Source: an uncultured delta proteobacterium
GTDB lineage: Bacteria; Desulfobacterota; Desulfuromonadia; Geobacterales; Pseudopelobacteraceae
Direction of reading: 5' to 3'
DNA: 64,000 nucleotides
NCBI GenBank assembly: GCA_963772835.1
Contig: CAVYYZ010000024.1
Location: 128,001 to 192,000 of the forward strand
Below, in pieces: positions 9,746-19,916 of this stretch (its first letter is position 1; every line of letters starts with the position of its first letter). Both the position numbers and the translations under genes were made by a program. Below the pieces are notes generated by a model that ran no database searches, was not told where the DNA came from, and saw only the letters and a list, made by a program, of their open reading frames with translations.

Positions 9746-11638
9746 TTACGATAGTATCCACACTACATAGCCAAGCATGACAGCAGTCCCGCCCGCGAGA
9801 GCGAACAGTGACGTTGCAACTCTTCCGGTGCTCCATCCGGCGGGCATTCCCCCCACCCGTATCGTGAAGCGTGCCAGTCCGTCCAAAGAACCGTCAATGA
9901 CGGACCCGTCTATACTTTTCCATAAAAAGCGGCTTGCAGAGACAAACGGCCGGATGAAGAGCTGCCGGTAAAGATCGTCCAGATACCAACCGTTAAGAAG
10001 GAACCCGGTAATCGGTATTCCTGCCTCTTCACGACTCAATGAAGCCGCCCGGCGCTGTCCGGTGTAGCGCGACCAGGCCAGGCCTGTCCCGAGCAGGCTT
10101 GCCGTGGCAGCAATAATTTGCAGAGAGATCTCGGTTGCTGAAGAGGCATGTTCCAAAGCCGCAAACCCGGGGATTGAACCGAGGAATACGGTCAGCATGC
10201 CGTGACTGCCGAAGTATTCGGGAAGATTCAGAAAGCCGCTCAACAGCCCGATGCCGGCCAGCGGGATAAGGGTGAGAGTCATGATCGGTTCGACTCTGAC
10301 CAGCGGCTGTTCTTCTCCACTATCCTCCCCGTGAAACACTACGAAGAACATGCGAAATGTATAAAAGGCCGTCAGAAGTGCTGTCAGGAGTCCCAGAGCG
10401 AACAGGGTGCCGTAAAGCATGCCGCCCTTTTCAAAGACAGCCGCCAGAATGGCGTCCTTACTGAAGAAGCCGCCACTTCCCGGAAAACCGGCCAGACAGA
10501 GCGACCCCGCCAGGAACGGCCAGTAAATCGCCGGAAGTTTTGATTTCAATCCACCCATGCGGAAGATGTTCTGCTGATGATGCAGTGCGGTTATCACGCA
10601 CCCTGCGCCGAGAAACAGCAGCGCTTTGAAAAAAGCGTGAGTCAGCAGGTGGAAAGAACCGGCGGTCAGGGCTCCCGCACCGACTCCCAAGATCATATAG
10701 CCGATCTGACTGATGGTTGAATAGGCCAGAATTCGCTTCAGGTCACGTTGCACGCAGGCACAGGTTGCTGCATAGAAAGCGGTACCAGCTCCGACAACCG
10801 CTATGGCTGTCAGTGTCACTGTCGAAGAACCGATAAGCGGGAACATGCGTGCCAGCAGGTAGACCCCCGCGGTTACCATCGTTGCGGCGTGAATCTGGGC
10901 GGAAACCGGAGTGGGACCGGCCATGGCATCCGGGAGCCAGACTGAAAGAGGCAGTTGGGCCGACTTCCCGGCCGCGCCGACCACCAACAGAATTCCCAGT
11001 GCGGTGATCACCCCGGACGGCATCAGGAAGCCCATGCCGTTAAGCTCAGTGATGGAAACCGTACCGAAGAGCCGGTACATCCAGACCATGGCGATGCCGA
11101 GAGCTGTATCGCCAATGCGGGTGACGATAAATGCTTTGCGTCCCGCAGTAGCGTTCTTCTCCTCCGTGTACCAGAAGCCGATCAGGGCATAGGAACAGAA
11201 GCCGACCCCTTCCCACCCCAGATAGAGCAGCGGCAGGTTCTCGGCCAGAATCAGAGTCAGCATGGCGAACACGAAGATGTTGAGCAGGGCAAAATAGCGG
11301 GCGGGAGACCGGTCCCCCTTCATATAACCGACCGAATAGAGATGGATCAGGCCGCAGACAAAGGTGATCATCAGCGTAAGGCTGAGAGAAAACTGATCCA
11401 GGTAGAGGGTCAAAGGGGCTTTGAAATCAAAGTCGGAGAGCCAGGAGACATATTCAATCTTTAGAGGTCCGCTGAACTGCACGAATGCAAGGACGGCACA
11501 GACAAAGGAACCCCAGATAGCTCCACAGGCAACTGTTTCACACAGACGGCGCGGTACGATGCGGCCGAACAGGGCGTTGAACAGGCCGCCTGAGAGCGGC
11601 AGAAGAAGTATCAAGGCGAGGGAGAGTTTCACTGTCAC
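9746..11638 (-). CDS. nuoL: NADH-quinone oxidoreductase subunit L
   Basis: GWEGVG, KAFIVTRIGD, GKSAQLPL.VWLPDAMAGPTPVSA.IHAATMV, LAYSTISQ, HAFFKALLF. Confidence 0.95.
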   Translation of the reverse strand: MTVKLSLALILLLPLSGGLFNALFGRIVPRRLCETVACGAIWGSFVCAVLAFVQFSGPLKIEYVSWLSDFDFKAPLTLYLDQFSLSLTLMITFVCGLIHLYSVGYMKGDRSPARYFALLNIFVFAMLTLILAENLPLLYLGWEGVGFCSYALIGFWYTEEKNATAGRKAFIVTRIGDTALGIAMVWMYRLFGTVSITELNGMGFLMPSGVITALGILLVVGAAGKSAQLPLSVWLPDAMAGPTPVSAQIHAATMVTAGVYLLARMFPLIGSSTVTLTAIAVVGAGTAFYAATCACVQRDLKRILAYSTISQIGYMILGVGAGALTAGSFHLLTHAFFKALLFLGAGCVITALHHQQNIFRMGGLKSKLPAIYWPFLAGSLCLAGFPGSGGFFSKDAILAAVFEKGGMLYGTLFALGLLTALLTAFYTFRMFFVVFHGEDSGEEQPLVRVEPIMTLTLIPLAGIGLLSGFLNLPEYFGSHGMLTVFLGSIPGFAALEHASSATEISLQIIAATASLLGTGLAWSRYTGQRRAASLSREEAGIPITGFLLNGWYLDDLYRQLFIRPFVSASRFLWKSIDGSVIDGSLDGLARFTIRVGGMPAGWSTGRVATSLFALAGGTAVMLGYVVWILS

Positions 11639-11943
11639 CCCTTCATCTCGCAGAATAAGTCCGTATCAACCGTTTTCCGCTGCCGGTGCAGATAGACAAC
11701 CATTGCCAGCGCCAGCGAAACTTCGGCTGATGTCAGCGCCATGATGAAGATGGAGAAAAACTGCCCTTCCGCGTTTCCCCAACGGGCAGAGCCGGCCACG
11801 AAGACCAGCATGACGGCATTCAGCATGATCTCGATGCTGACGAGCATCATGATAATGTTGGTTCGCCAAGCCAGTAATCCACCCATGCCTATGAAGAACA
11901 GCAGACCGGCCAGAATGAGTATGTGCTCGAGAGGTACAATCAT
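11635..11943 (-). CDS. nuoK: NADH-quinone oxidoreductase subunit K
   Basis: 102 aa with three TM helices; IEIMLNA and AE..LALA motifs. Confidence 0.93.
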   Translation of the reverse strand: MIVPLEHILILAGLLFFIGMGGLLAWRTNIIMMLVSIEIMLNAVMLVFVAGSARWGNAEGQFFSIFIMALTSAEVSLALAMVVYLHRQRKTVDTDLFCEMKG

Positions 11944-12467
11944 TTGCCCTCACTTCCGCGGTCTCTCCCCGGGGGAGAAAGTGGCCGCTGCTTCCCCAGG
12001 TACAGGGCGCCAACCAAGGCAAACAGCAGCTGCAGTGAAACAAGTTCCACTGCCAGACCATGCTCCTGAAAGAGGCGGCGTGCGACGTCCCGAATCGGCA
12101 GGGCTGCAGGGGATACGGCCATTGTTTCATGACGTGAGGCGATCACCGTAACCAGTGAAGCGATGCTGACAGCCGACAGCAAAAGGGCCGGCAGCCATTC
12201 TCTCCAAACGGGAGCCATCCCTTTTTCCGGGTGCCCCAGATCAAGCATCATGATCACGAACAGAAACAGGACCATAATGGCACCGGCGTAGAGGATCACC
12301 TCAAAGGCCGCTACAAGGGGCGCCATGAGCAGGAAGAAAATTATCGCCATGCTGAACAGGGAGGTTACCAGATACAGAATGGCATGCACCGGGTGTTTTT
12401 CACTGATCGCCAGAATAGTGCCGATAACTGCTGTAGTGGCCAGTATGTAGAAGATCGTTTGTTCCAT
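11940..12467 (-). CDS. nuoJ: NADH-quinone oxidoreductase subunit J
   Basis: PVHA, YAGAIMVLFLFVIMML motif. Confidence 0.93.
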   Translation of the reverse strand: MEQTIFYILATTAVIGTILAISEKHPVHAILYLVTSLFSMAIIFFLLMAPLVAAFEVILYAGAIMVLFLFVIMMLDLGHPEKGMAPVWREWLPALLLSAVSIASLVTVIASRHETMAVSPAALPIRDVARRLFQEHGLAVELVSLQLLFALVGALYLGKQRPLSPPGRDRGSEGK

Positions 12468-12632
12468 AAATCCTATTTCAGCAGAGCCGGAAGCAAACTA
12501 TCTGGTTCCACTCAACAATACAACGCGCGACGATTGAGAGTCATGAATCAGAAATGTGTGTAAAAGCATTTCTTCAAATAGTAGCACCTGTTTTTGGTGC
12601 GTCATCGCCAGAGAACAGCTCCGTTTTCTGTG

Positions 12633-13163
12633 TTACGGCAGTAACGACCGGACATCCACCGGCTTTGATTCCTCCGATCCCGCCCCGCGCGCCTGAGTCA
12701 CACCAATCCCCGAGTGATGATAGAAATTGTAGGCCGCATCTTTGCCGCAGCCATCAATCAACAGATCCTCCTTCTCGTAGACCAGATCCATGATGTCCCG
12801 TGTACATATTTCATAATCCGGCGTCATCTGGATTGCCAGAGTCGGGCAGGCTTCAGCACAGAGGCCGCAGAAGATGCATCGCGAAAAATTGATCCGGAAC
12901 CAGGCTGCATAGCGGCGTCCATCGTTCCGTTCGGCCGATTGCATCGAAATGCAGTCAACAGGACAGGCGGCAGAACAAAGGTAACAGGCGACGCAGCGCT
13001 CGCCTCCATCAGGGTCGCGAGTCAGAACGATGCGTGCACGGAATCGAGGGTAGGGAACGCGTTTCTCTTCCGGATACTGGATCGTTACCGGCCTGCGAAA
13101 CATATGGGAGAGCGTAACGCGGAACCCGCTCAGAATAGCAATTGTGTCGGCAACAAAGCTCAT
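12633..13163 (-). CDS. nuoI: NADH-quinone oxidoreductase subunit I
   Basis: [19 protein letters not shown] and [12 protein letters not shown] 2x[4Fe-4S] motifs. Confidence 0.95.
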   Translation of the reverse strand: MSFVADTIAILSGFRVTLSHMFRRPVTIQYPEEKRVPYPRFRARIVLTRDPDGGERCVACYLCSAACPVDCISMQSAERNDGRRYAAWFRINFSRCIFCGLCAEACPTLAIQMTPDYEICTRDIMDLVYEKEDLLIDGCGKDAAYNFYHHSGIGVTQARGAGSEESKPVDVRSLLP

Positions 13164-13175
13164 TTGTATCTGAAT

Positions 13176-13269
13176 GGAACGCGGAGAACAGGAGTAATGC
13201 CGGTCTGCCGGGTGATTTGAACGTTAATCAGTATCCGAGCAAATCTGCATTACCGCGTCATTCGCGTCC
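13176..13269. repeat. Imperfect ~36-bp inverted repeat (REP/MITE-like) between ankyrin gene and nuoI
   Basis: Left arm GGAACGCGGAGAACAGGAGTAATGCCGGTCTGC aligns with the reverse complement of the right arm, GGACGCGAATGACGCGGTAATGCAGATTTGC. Confidence 0.45.
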
Positions 13270-13292
13270 TATAACCCCTCTGGTATGGTTTT

Positions 13293-13715
13293 TCAGGCAT
13301 TACCCGTCTTCGCCCGTTCAGCCTTTTTCAGCAGTGCGGATGCCAGTGGGTGACTGTTATTCTCGGCATACAGGGTGGCAGTATTGCCGGCCGGAGTCTT
13401 AATTGCAGGATTTGCCCCGCCATCAAGCAGTGCCTGCACTGTCTGGTTACACCCGTAAATGGCTGCCATCATCAGCGGAGTATGCCCTTCACGGTCACGA
13501 GTGTCGACATCAGCCCCTTTCTCAATCAGCATTTTTACAATCTCGGTATGTCCGTTAGCGGCTGCATAGTGAAGAGCGGTTTTGCCTTTATCGCTGCAGG
13601 CGGTGATGTCAGCACCACGATGCAGCAGATCCTGAATAAAATCCTTGAGCCCCTCTTTGGAAGCACTGATCAGCGGGGTGTGGCCATGACGGTCTTTTGC
13701 ATTCACGCTTTCCAT
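13293..13715 (-). CDS. Ankyrin repeat protein
   Basis: About four repeats: GHTPLISA, GKTALHYAAANGH, GHTPLMMAA, GNTATLYA. Confidence 0.92.
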   Translation of the reverse strand: MESVNAKDRHGHTPLISASKEGLKDFIQDLLHRGADITACSDKGKTALHYAAANGHTEIVKMLIEKGADVDTRDREGHTPLMMAAIYGCNQTVQALLDGGANPAIKTPAGNTATLYAENNSHPLASALLKKAERAKTGNA

Positions 13716-13767
13716 GTTTGAATCCTCCCGTTAGGTACAAGATCGGGCAGCAGGTGCCCGTAGAGTA

Positions 13768-14757
13768 TTACTTCAGCGCGAGCCACCATCCGCTTATCAG
13801 TATGTTCACCAATGCCAGCGGCGTTAGCACCTTCCATCCCAGGTGCATCAGCTGGTCATAACGCAGTCGTGGCAGTGTTCCGCGCATCCAGATAAAAAAG
13901 AATGCCACAGCAAGGGTCTTCAGCGAAAACCAGACAACGGGAGGGAGCAGAGGGCCGTGCCACCCCCCCAGAAAAAAAGTTGTCGCCAGTCCTCCCAGTA
14001 CGATGATGTTAATGTACTCGCCGACAAAAAACAAGCCGAAGCGCATTCCGGAATATTCGGTGTGGAAGCCGGCCACCAGTTCCCCTTCTGCTTCCGGCAG
14101 GTCAAACGGGATACGTTTGCATTCGGCCGTAATACTCAACAGGAAAATGATAAACGCCAGAGGCTGGTAGATAATGAACGGCACTGTTTTCTGAGCAGCA
14201 ACTATATCGGTCAGGTTAAATGAGTGGGAAAGCATAACGATCGGAACCAGGGAAAGTCCCATCGACAGCTCGTAAGAAATCAACTGCGCCAGACCTCGGA
14301 TGCCTCCCAGCAGTGAATATTTTGAGTTGGAAGCCCAGCCGCCGATCGCCACACCGTAGACAGCAATCGAAGAGAGGGCCAGAAAGAAGAGCAGGCCCAC
14401 ATTCAGATCGGAAATTACCAGCGGCAGATGACGACCGGATATCTGTAGCGGTGCACCGAAAGGGATTACAGAAAAGATTAAAATGGCGGGGATGGCGGCC
14501 ATGGCCGGCGCCAGGTAAAACAGCCAGCGATCCGCACCGGCGGGGACAACGTCTTCTTTGGTAAGAAGTTTGATCAGATCCGCCAGCGGTTGCAGAAGGC
14601 CAAAGGGTCCGACGCGGTTCGGCCCTTTGCGGTCCTGAACCCAGGCCAGAATTTTCCTCTCAGCAAACACCAGATATGCGGCCAGGGTAAGGATGACGAA
14701 GAATACCAGTGCCAGTTTCACGGCGAATAGCGTTATGTCCAGTGAAAATGCTGTCAT
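13768..14757 (-). CDS. nuoH: NADH-quinone oxidoreductase subunit H
   Basis: [64 protein letters not shown]. Confidence 0.95.
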   Translation of the reverse strand: MTAFSLDITLFAVKLALVFFVILTLAAYLVFAERKILAWVQDRKGPNRVGPFGLLQPLADLIKLLTKEDVVPAGADRWLFYLAPAMAAIPAILIFSVIPFGAPLQISGRHLPLVISDLNVGLLFFLALSSIAVYGVAIGGWASNSKYSLLGGIRGLAQLISYELSMGLSLVPIVMLSHSFNLTDIVAAQKTVPFIIYQPLAFIIFLLSITAECKRIPFDLPEAEGELVAGFHTEYSGMRFGLFFVGEYINIIVLGGLATTFFLGGWHGPLLPPVVWFSLKTLAVAFFFIWMRGTLPRLRYDQLMHLGWKVLTPLALVNILISGWWLALK

Positions 14758-14949
14758 GAGAACCCGCCGGGGACAGGTAAGAGAAAGAAGCAAACCACAA
14801 GATAATAACAGCGTTTTTCATATACCATACATTCACGATTAACGCTATGTACTAATTGATATTACGTACAAAAATGAAGCATTAAAATTAAGCGCTTGAA
14901 TCTGACCGGCGTGGAATACTATAATGCCGGCTCCAAGGAGAACGCTACA

Positions 14950-15576
14950 ATGAACGTATTTCAGGCTGATTTCATAAAAAGTGCCGCAAAACCGAAAGAT
15001 TATCCGCCGCCCGGGTTACCGGAGGTAGCCTTTGTCGGGCGCTCCAACGTCGGGAAATCTTCGTTAATCAACGTTCTGTCCGGGCGTAAGGGGTTGGTGC
15101 GAACCAGTTCAACCCCCGGCCGGACGCAGCTGATCAATTTTTTTGACATCAACAGCATTCTGACTCTGGTAGACCTTCCCGGCTACGGTTACGCCAAAGC
15201 CCCGCCTGCTCTGCGTAAACAGTGGGGGCCGATGATAGAGGCATATCTTGCTTCCCGCGAATCTCTGAAGGCGGTTGTTCTGATTCTCGATATACGTCGC
15301 GAACCGTCCGACGGTGATCTGCAGATGCTTCGCTGGCTTGAAATGTACAATATTCCGCCGATTCTCGTGGTGACGAAGTGTGACAAACTGTCGAAAAACG
15401 AACAGGCCAGGCAGAAGTCGATTATCGCCGCAGCAATCAAGCGTGACAAGGGGATGCTGCTTCCCTTTTCGGCCCTCTCCAAAGAAGGACGAGACGGTAT
15501 CTGGAATGAGATAGGAAGAGTGCTGGAGATTCAACTGAAACCGGATGGTCCGGCTCCGCAGGGCGGACTCCCATGA
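14950..15576 (+). CDS. engB: Ribosome biogenesis GTP-binding protein YihA/YsxC
   Basis: [39 protein letters not shown]. Confidence 0.96.
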   Translation: MNVFQADFIKSAAKPKDYPPPGLPEVAFVGRSNVGKSSLINVLSGRKGLVRTSSTPGRTQLINFFDINSILTLVDLPGYGYAKAPPALRKQWGPMIEAYLASRESLKAVVLILDIRREPSDGDLQMLRWLEMYNIPPILVVTKCDKLSKNEQARQKSIIAAAIKRDKGMLLPFSALSKEGRDGIWNEIGRVLEIQLKPDGPAPQGGLP

Positions 15577-16379
15577 AAAAAACAGACTCAAAAACGGCCG
15601 CATCCCCTATGCCGGACATGCAGAAACGTCCGGACAGCCGCCGCATCCCTATTGCCAAAGTCGGAGTCAAGGATATCACCTATCCGATTGTGGTGATGGA
15701 CAAGAATAGAACCCTGCAGCACACTGTGGCGAAGATCAATATGTATGTCGATCTCCCGCACCAGTTTAAGGGTACCCACATGAGCCGTTTTATTGAAATT
15801 CTCAACAAGTACCGCGAGCAGATCGCCCTTGACAAACTTGAGACGATTCTTGAAGAGATGAAAACAAAGCTCGGTTCCGAGAGTGCACATCTGGAAATCC
15901 AGTTTCCCTACTTTATCGACAAGGCCGCCCCTGTTTCAGGTGCCAAAAGCCTGATGGAGTACACCTGCGAATTCAGCGCTTCCATGACGGACTCTCTTGA
16001 TTTTGTGCTCGGGATCAAGGTGCCACTGACCTCTCTCTGTCCCTGCAGCCGCGAGCTATCCCGATTCGGAGCACACAATCAGCGAAGCGTCATGACCGTT
16101 CGGGTGCGCTACCGGGATTTCATCTGGATTGAGGATCTGGTGGAGCTGATTGAACAGTGCGGCTCAAGTCCGCTTTATTCGCTGCTCAAACGTGCAGACG
16201 AAAAGTTCGTCACCGAGCAGGCCTATGAAAATCCGCGTTTCGTCGAGGATATGGTGCGTGAGGCCCATTCCCGTCTGACAGCACTGGACAACATCACCTG
16301 GTTTTCGGTCGAAGCGGAGAATTTCGAATCAATACACAACCATTCGGCCTACGCCGCCGTGGAGCTGGATCGGCGATGA
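15573..16379 (+). CDS. folE2: GTP cyclohydrolase IB
   Basis: [35 protein letters not shown]. Confidence 0.95.
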   Translation: MKKTDSKTAASPMPDMQKRPDSRRIPIAKVGVKDITYPIVVMDKNRTLQHTVAKINMYVDLPHQFKGTHMSRFIEILNKYREQIALDKLETILEEMKTKLGSESAHLEIQFPYFIDKAAPVSGAKSLMEYTCEFSASMTDSLDFVLGIKVPLTSLCPCSRELSRFGAHNQRSVMTVRVRYRDFIWIEDLVELIEQCGSSPLYSLLKRADEKFVTEQAYENPRFVEDMVREAHSRLTALDNITWFSVEAENFESIHNHSAYAAVELDRR

Positions 16380-17008
16380 GCAACGGCCTTATCATCTTCG
16401 CCCGTGACCCCCTGCCGGGCCGGGTTAAAACCCGCCTCGCCGCATCGGTCGGTGACCGGGCCGCCGCAGATATTTATAAAGAGATGCTGCAGGAGGTACT
16501 GAAAACGGTACGGCAGCTGTCCAGCGTCGAAACCGTTGTTTATTGGGCGGCCGCAGAAGAATCACTCCCTTTTTTGGCAGAACGGTACCGGTTGCCCTCA
16601 CGCCGCCAGAGCCAGGGGGATTTGGGACAGCGTATGTTGGCGGCATTTGGGGAGATGTTTGCCGGAGGCTGCCGGCTCTGTTGTATTATCGGAAGCGATG
16701 CCCCCGACCTGCCTCAATCATACATTCAGGACGCATATCACATGCTGGCGGAACAACGGACTGATGTCGTGCTTGGACCGAGCAGGGATGGCGGGTATTA
16801 CCTTCTTGGGATGAGGAAGGTATGGCCGCAGATCTTTGCGGACATTCCCTGGAGCAGCGCCGAAGTGCTTCCACAGACTCTCGCAGCGGCCCGTGACTCG
16901 GGGCTGACTGCCGCGCTGCTGCCGGAATGGCAGGATATCGATACAGTTGAGGACCTACGGGAATTTCAGGAACGAAACAGGCTGAAGCTGTCATTGGAGA
17001 CCGGATGA
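16376..17008 (+). CDS. DUF2064 / TIGR04282-family glycosyltransferase-like protein
   Basis: PGRVKTRL, Q..GDLGQRM, IGSDAP, GPSRDGGYYLLG, DIDT. Confidence 0.88.
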   Translation: MSNGLIIFARDPLPGRVKTRLAASVGDRAAADIYKEMLQEVLKTVRQLSSVETVVYWAAAEESLPFLAERYRLPSRRQSQGDLGQRMLAAFGEMFAGGCRLCCIIGSDAPDLPQSYIQDAYHMLAEQRTDVVLGPSRDGGYYLLGMRKVWPQIFADIPWSSAEVLPQTLAAARDSGLTAALLPEWQDIDTVEDLREFQERNRLKLSLETG

Positions 17009-17769
17009 AACCAATTATTGTCATTGCAGCCGTGCTTCAGGAAATTGAACTGCTGGAAAGGTCGCTTGAACATTCCGGCAGGATAAAAACCGGTGGTTTT
17101 GAGTATGCCGAAGGCACTATTGGCGGTCTGCGGGTTGTGGTATGCGCTGCGGGAGTCGGTAAAATAAATGCGGCCGCAGCAACCGCTGTCATGATCGAGC
17201 GCCATCAGCCGCAACTGGTTATTAATACCGGCTGTGCCGGGGCGTACTTCGGCAGCGGACTGGTCATCGGAAATCTTGTCGTTGCAAGCGAGGAGGTTCT
17301 TGCAGATGATGGTGTGATTGTCTCGGATGGCTGGAAAGATCTCCGCTATATGAATATTCCCTCCCTGGAGCAGGGGGGATTGATTTGTTATAATATGCTG
17401 CCGGTTTCCCGGCACCCTTCGGAAAAGGCCATGCAGTTGGCGGATTATTATGGTGTACCCCTTCTGAGGGGGCGCTTTGCGACAGTTTCAACATGCAGCG
17501 GCACTTCCCGGTATGGTGCCGAGCTTTCTCACCGCTGGAACGCTCTGGTTGAAAGCATGGAGGGTGCAGCGGTGGTACAGGTCTGCCTGCGCTGCGGAGT
17601 AGACTGCCTTGAAATTCGTGGAATCAGTAACCAGGTGGAAGAACGTGATCTGAAAAAGTGGGACATACCCCGGGCTGTTGAAGCTGCCCAGCGGTTTGTG
17701 CTGAAATATCTTGAGGAAATGGACCGACCGGATGTAGCGCTGAGTCCGAAAGCTCTGCCGGAAATATAG
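17005..17769 (+). CDS. mqnB: Futalosine hydrolase (MTA/SAH nucleosidase fold)
   Basis: GVGKINAA, TVSTCSGT, ESMEGAA, EIRGISN.VE.RD..KW. Confidence 0.85.
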   Translation: MKPIIVIAAVLQEIELLERSLEHSGRIKTGGFEYAEGTIGGLRVVVCAAGVGKINAAAATAVMIERHQPQLVINTGCAGAYFGSGLVIGNLVVASEEVLADDGVIVSDGWKDLRYMNIPSLEQGGLICYNMLPVSRHPSEKAMQLADYYGVPLLRGRFATVSTCSGTSRYGAELSHRWNALVESMEGAAVVQVCLRCGVDCLEIRGISNQVEERDLKKWDIPRAVEAAQRFVLKYLEEMDRPDVALSPKALPEI

Positions 17770-17772
17770 CGG

Positions 17773-18456
17773 TCAGCGTCCCCCGAAGATCGCCGTTCCG
17801 ATCCGCACCAAAGTGGCACCTTCCTGAATCGCCGCCTCAAAATCCCCCGACATTCCCATGGAGAGTTCCGCCATTTCAACTCCGGCAATCCTCTCTGCGG
17901 CGACTGCTTCAGACAGCGTGCGCAGACCGGCGAAGTATGGTCGCGCTGCATCAGGATCATCGAAAAAAGGGGGCATCGTCATCAACCCCCGCACGGCGAT
18001 GTTCGGAAGCAGGGCGCATTCCCGCACCAGTTGGATCGTCCCCTCCTCTGTTGTACCCGACTTGGCGGCTTCGCCGGAAATATTTACCTGAATAAGCACA
18101 TCGCAGACCTTTCCGAGCTTACCCCACTGCCGATCGATCTCCTGCGCCAGAGAAATGCGGTCGACAGAGTGGATCATCGCGACCTGACCGGCGATGTACT
18201 TGACCTTGTTGCTCTGCAGATGGCCGATGACGTGCCATTGCACAGCTTCATGCACTTCAGCCAGTTTCGGCACCAGTTCCTGTATGTAATTTTCCCCGAA
18301 AACGGTCTGACCTGCCAGGAAGGCTGCACTGATATCGGCGGCAGGACGGGTCTTAGAAACGGCAACCAGGCGGACGGATGAAGGATCGCGCCCGGCTTTC
18401 CCGGCAGCGTCACGGATGCGTTCATTGATCCGGGCAAGATTTGTAGTAATTGTCAT
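17773..18456 (-). CDS. yggS: PLP homeostasis protein YggS
   Basis: LVAVSK, FGENY.QE, HVIGHLQSNK, GLMTMPP, LSMGMSGDF, VRIGTAIFG. Confidence 0.96.
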   Translation of the reverse strand: MTITTNLARINERIRDAAGKAGRDPSSVRLVAVSKTRPAADISAAFLAGQTVFGENYIQELVPKLAEVHEAVQWHVIGHLQSNKVKYIAGQVAMIHSVDRISLAQEIDRQWGKLGKVCDVLIQVNISGEAAKSGTTEEGTIQLVRECALLPNIAVRGLMTMPPFFDDPDAARPYFAGLRTLSEAVAAERIAGVEMAELSMGMSGDFEAAIQEGATLVRIGTAIFGGR

Positions 18457-18600
18457 GAGATAATCCTTGCACCCACATCTTGTTTACAACAACCGGTAGG
18501 GTTTCATATGTTCTTTTTCTTTTGAAATAATGATCTTCCATAAGATCGGGTAATGGTAGCCACTGACCTGTTTGATTAGTCAAGTGGCATGATGGACTTT

Positions 18601-18930
18601 TTAAACAATCTCATAAACTAAAAGACTACAAACAAGTACCATCAGAACAAGACCGAAAATAAATAAGCTGTCTGCTAAACGTTCCACCCGATGCATCCTG
18701 CGAGTACCTCGCGTCCTGAGGGCGAAATATGCGAGTAGGCATGAGACAAGGAATAAGAAAGCGTCCATCGCGAGGAGATCATCTGCAAAGGTCGCGCCCC
18801 CGCGAATGGTAAGAACAACGCGAAGCAGCCCGATGACCGTAAGGCATACGCCCACCATGGCCGCCGATGCGGTAAAAATATGGATGGATACATCTTCTTC
18901 GAGCGTAACGTCACGATTTTTCTGAGTCAT
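18601..18930 (-). CDS. Hypothetical small membrane protein (3 TM)
   Basis: 109-aa ORF with hydrophobic helices (HIFTASAAMVGVCLTVIGL). Confidence 0.75.
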   Translation of the reverse strand: MTQKNRDVTLEEDVSIHIFTASAAMVGVCLTVIGLLRVVLTIRGGATFADDLLAMDAFLFLVSCLLAYFALRTRGTRRMHRVERLADSLFIFGLVLMVLVCSLLVYEIV

Positions 18931-19023
18931 ATATTATGTACCTGCTGCATTTTGGGGAGTGCCCTGTTTCCACACTTCCATGTGATGATTTAATGCATTA
19001 TTTGAGAGGTCTGCCGCCCGGGT

Positions 19024-19614
19024 TTAATCAACAGCCTGCATGTTCTGCAGCGCTTCATACAGTTCCGTCATCGGCAGCCCGATGACATTGGTATATGATC
19101 CGTTGATGGAGCGGACAAAATGAACCGCCCCCCCCTGGATCGCGTAGGCTCCGGCCTTGTCCATCGGACAGCCGGTTGCTATATACGCGGCGATTTCATG
19201 ATCTGCCAATTTCTTGAAGGTTACTTCCGTGCAGACACTGCGACTGGTATGGGTGCCGCAGAGCGCGTCCAAAACCGTGAACCCGGTGATGACTTCGTGA
19301 TCCCTTCCGGACAGACCGGTCAGCATTCGTACCGCATCGGCGGCATCGACCGGTTTTCCGAGGATAGCGCCATCCAGTACGACTATCGTGTCCGCGCCGA
19401 TGAAGAAGCGGCCATATGTCTTTGCAGCAACCGCAGCGGCCTTTTCATGTGAGAGGCGTGTGACATGGTCGGCGGGCAACTCTCCCGGCAGTACGTCTTC
19501 ACAAATATCAGCCGGTACGACACCGAACCGGATGCCGGCCAGTTCCATCAGTTCTGTGCGGCGGGGCGAAGCGGACGCCAGTACTATCGAACGGGTTTCA
19601 TTTTCCATCATCAT
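19024..19614 (-). CDS. maf: Maf family nucleotide pyrophosphatase
   Basis: IVLASASPRR, IGADTIV, LGKP, DKAGAYAIQ, GSYTNVIGLP. Confidence 0.95.
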   Translation of the reverse strand: MMMENETRSIVLASASPRRTELMELAGIRFGVVPADICEDVLPGELPADHVTRLSHEKAAAVAAKTYGRFFIGADTIVVLDGAILGKPVDAADAVRMLTGLSGRDHEVITGFTVLDALCGTHTSRSVCTEVTFKKLADHEIAAYIATGCPMDKAGAYAIQGGAVHFVRSINGSYTNVIGLPMTELYEALQNMQAVD

Positions 19615-19906
19615 CTGCCTTCCGCGCATTTTCAGCAGCGCTCCTGCGCAGCTCCGCACGTTCTATAGCGGCCTTTTGTTCTGCCTCCATATCCTGCCAG
19701 TGCTTTGTCCAGTCCGTCTTGCGTACCTTGTGAAGCACAAATACACCCGGAATTACGACGCATCCCCAGAAAATAATCATGGTTGCGTCGTTGGCAATAC
19801 CGTACGTAAGCAGGGATAGGCCCATCAACAGCAGAAATGCTTCCATGGACAGAATACGTCCTATCAGGGGAGTCTTCTTGGTTTCATCGTGTGTCTCTTG
19901 CGTCAT
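19598..19906 (-). CDS. Hypothetical membrane protein (2 TM plus charged tail)
   Basis: 102-aa ORF coupled between glcD and maf with GGAG RBS. Confidence 0.7.
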   Translation of the reverse strand: MTQETHDETKKTPLIGRILSMEAFLLLMGLSLLTYGIANDATMIIFWGCVVIPGVFVLHKVRKTDWTKHWQDMEAEQKAAIERAELRRSAAENARKADDDGK

Positions 19907-19916
19907 GCCATTCTCC

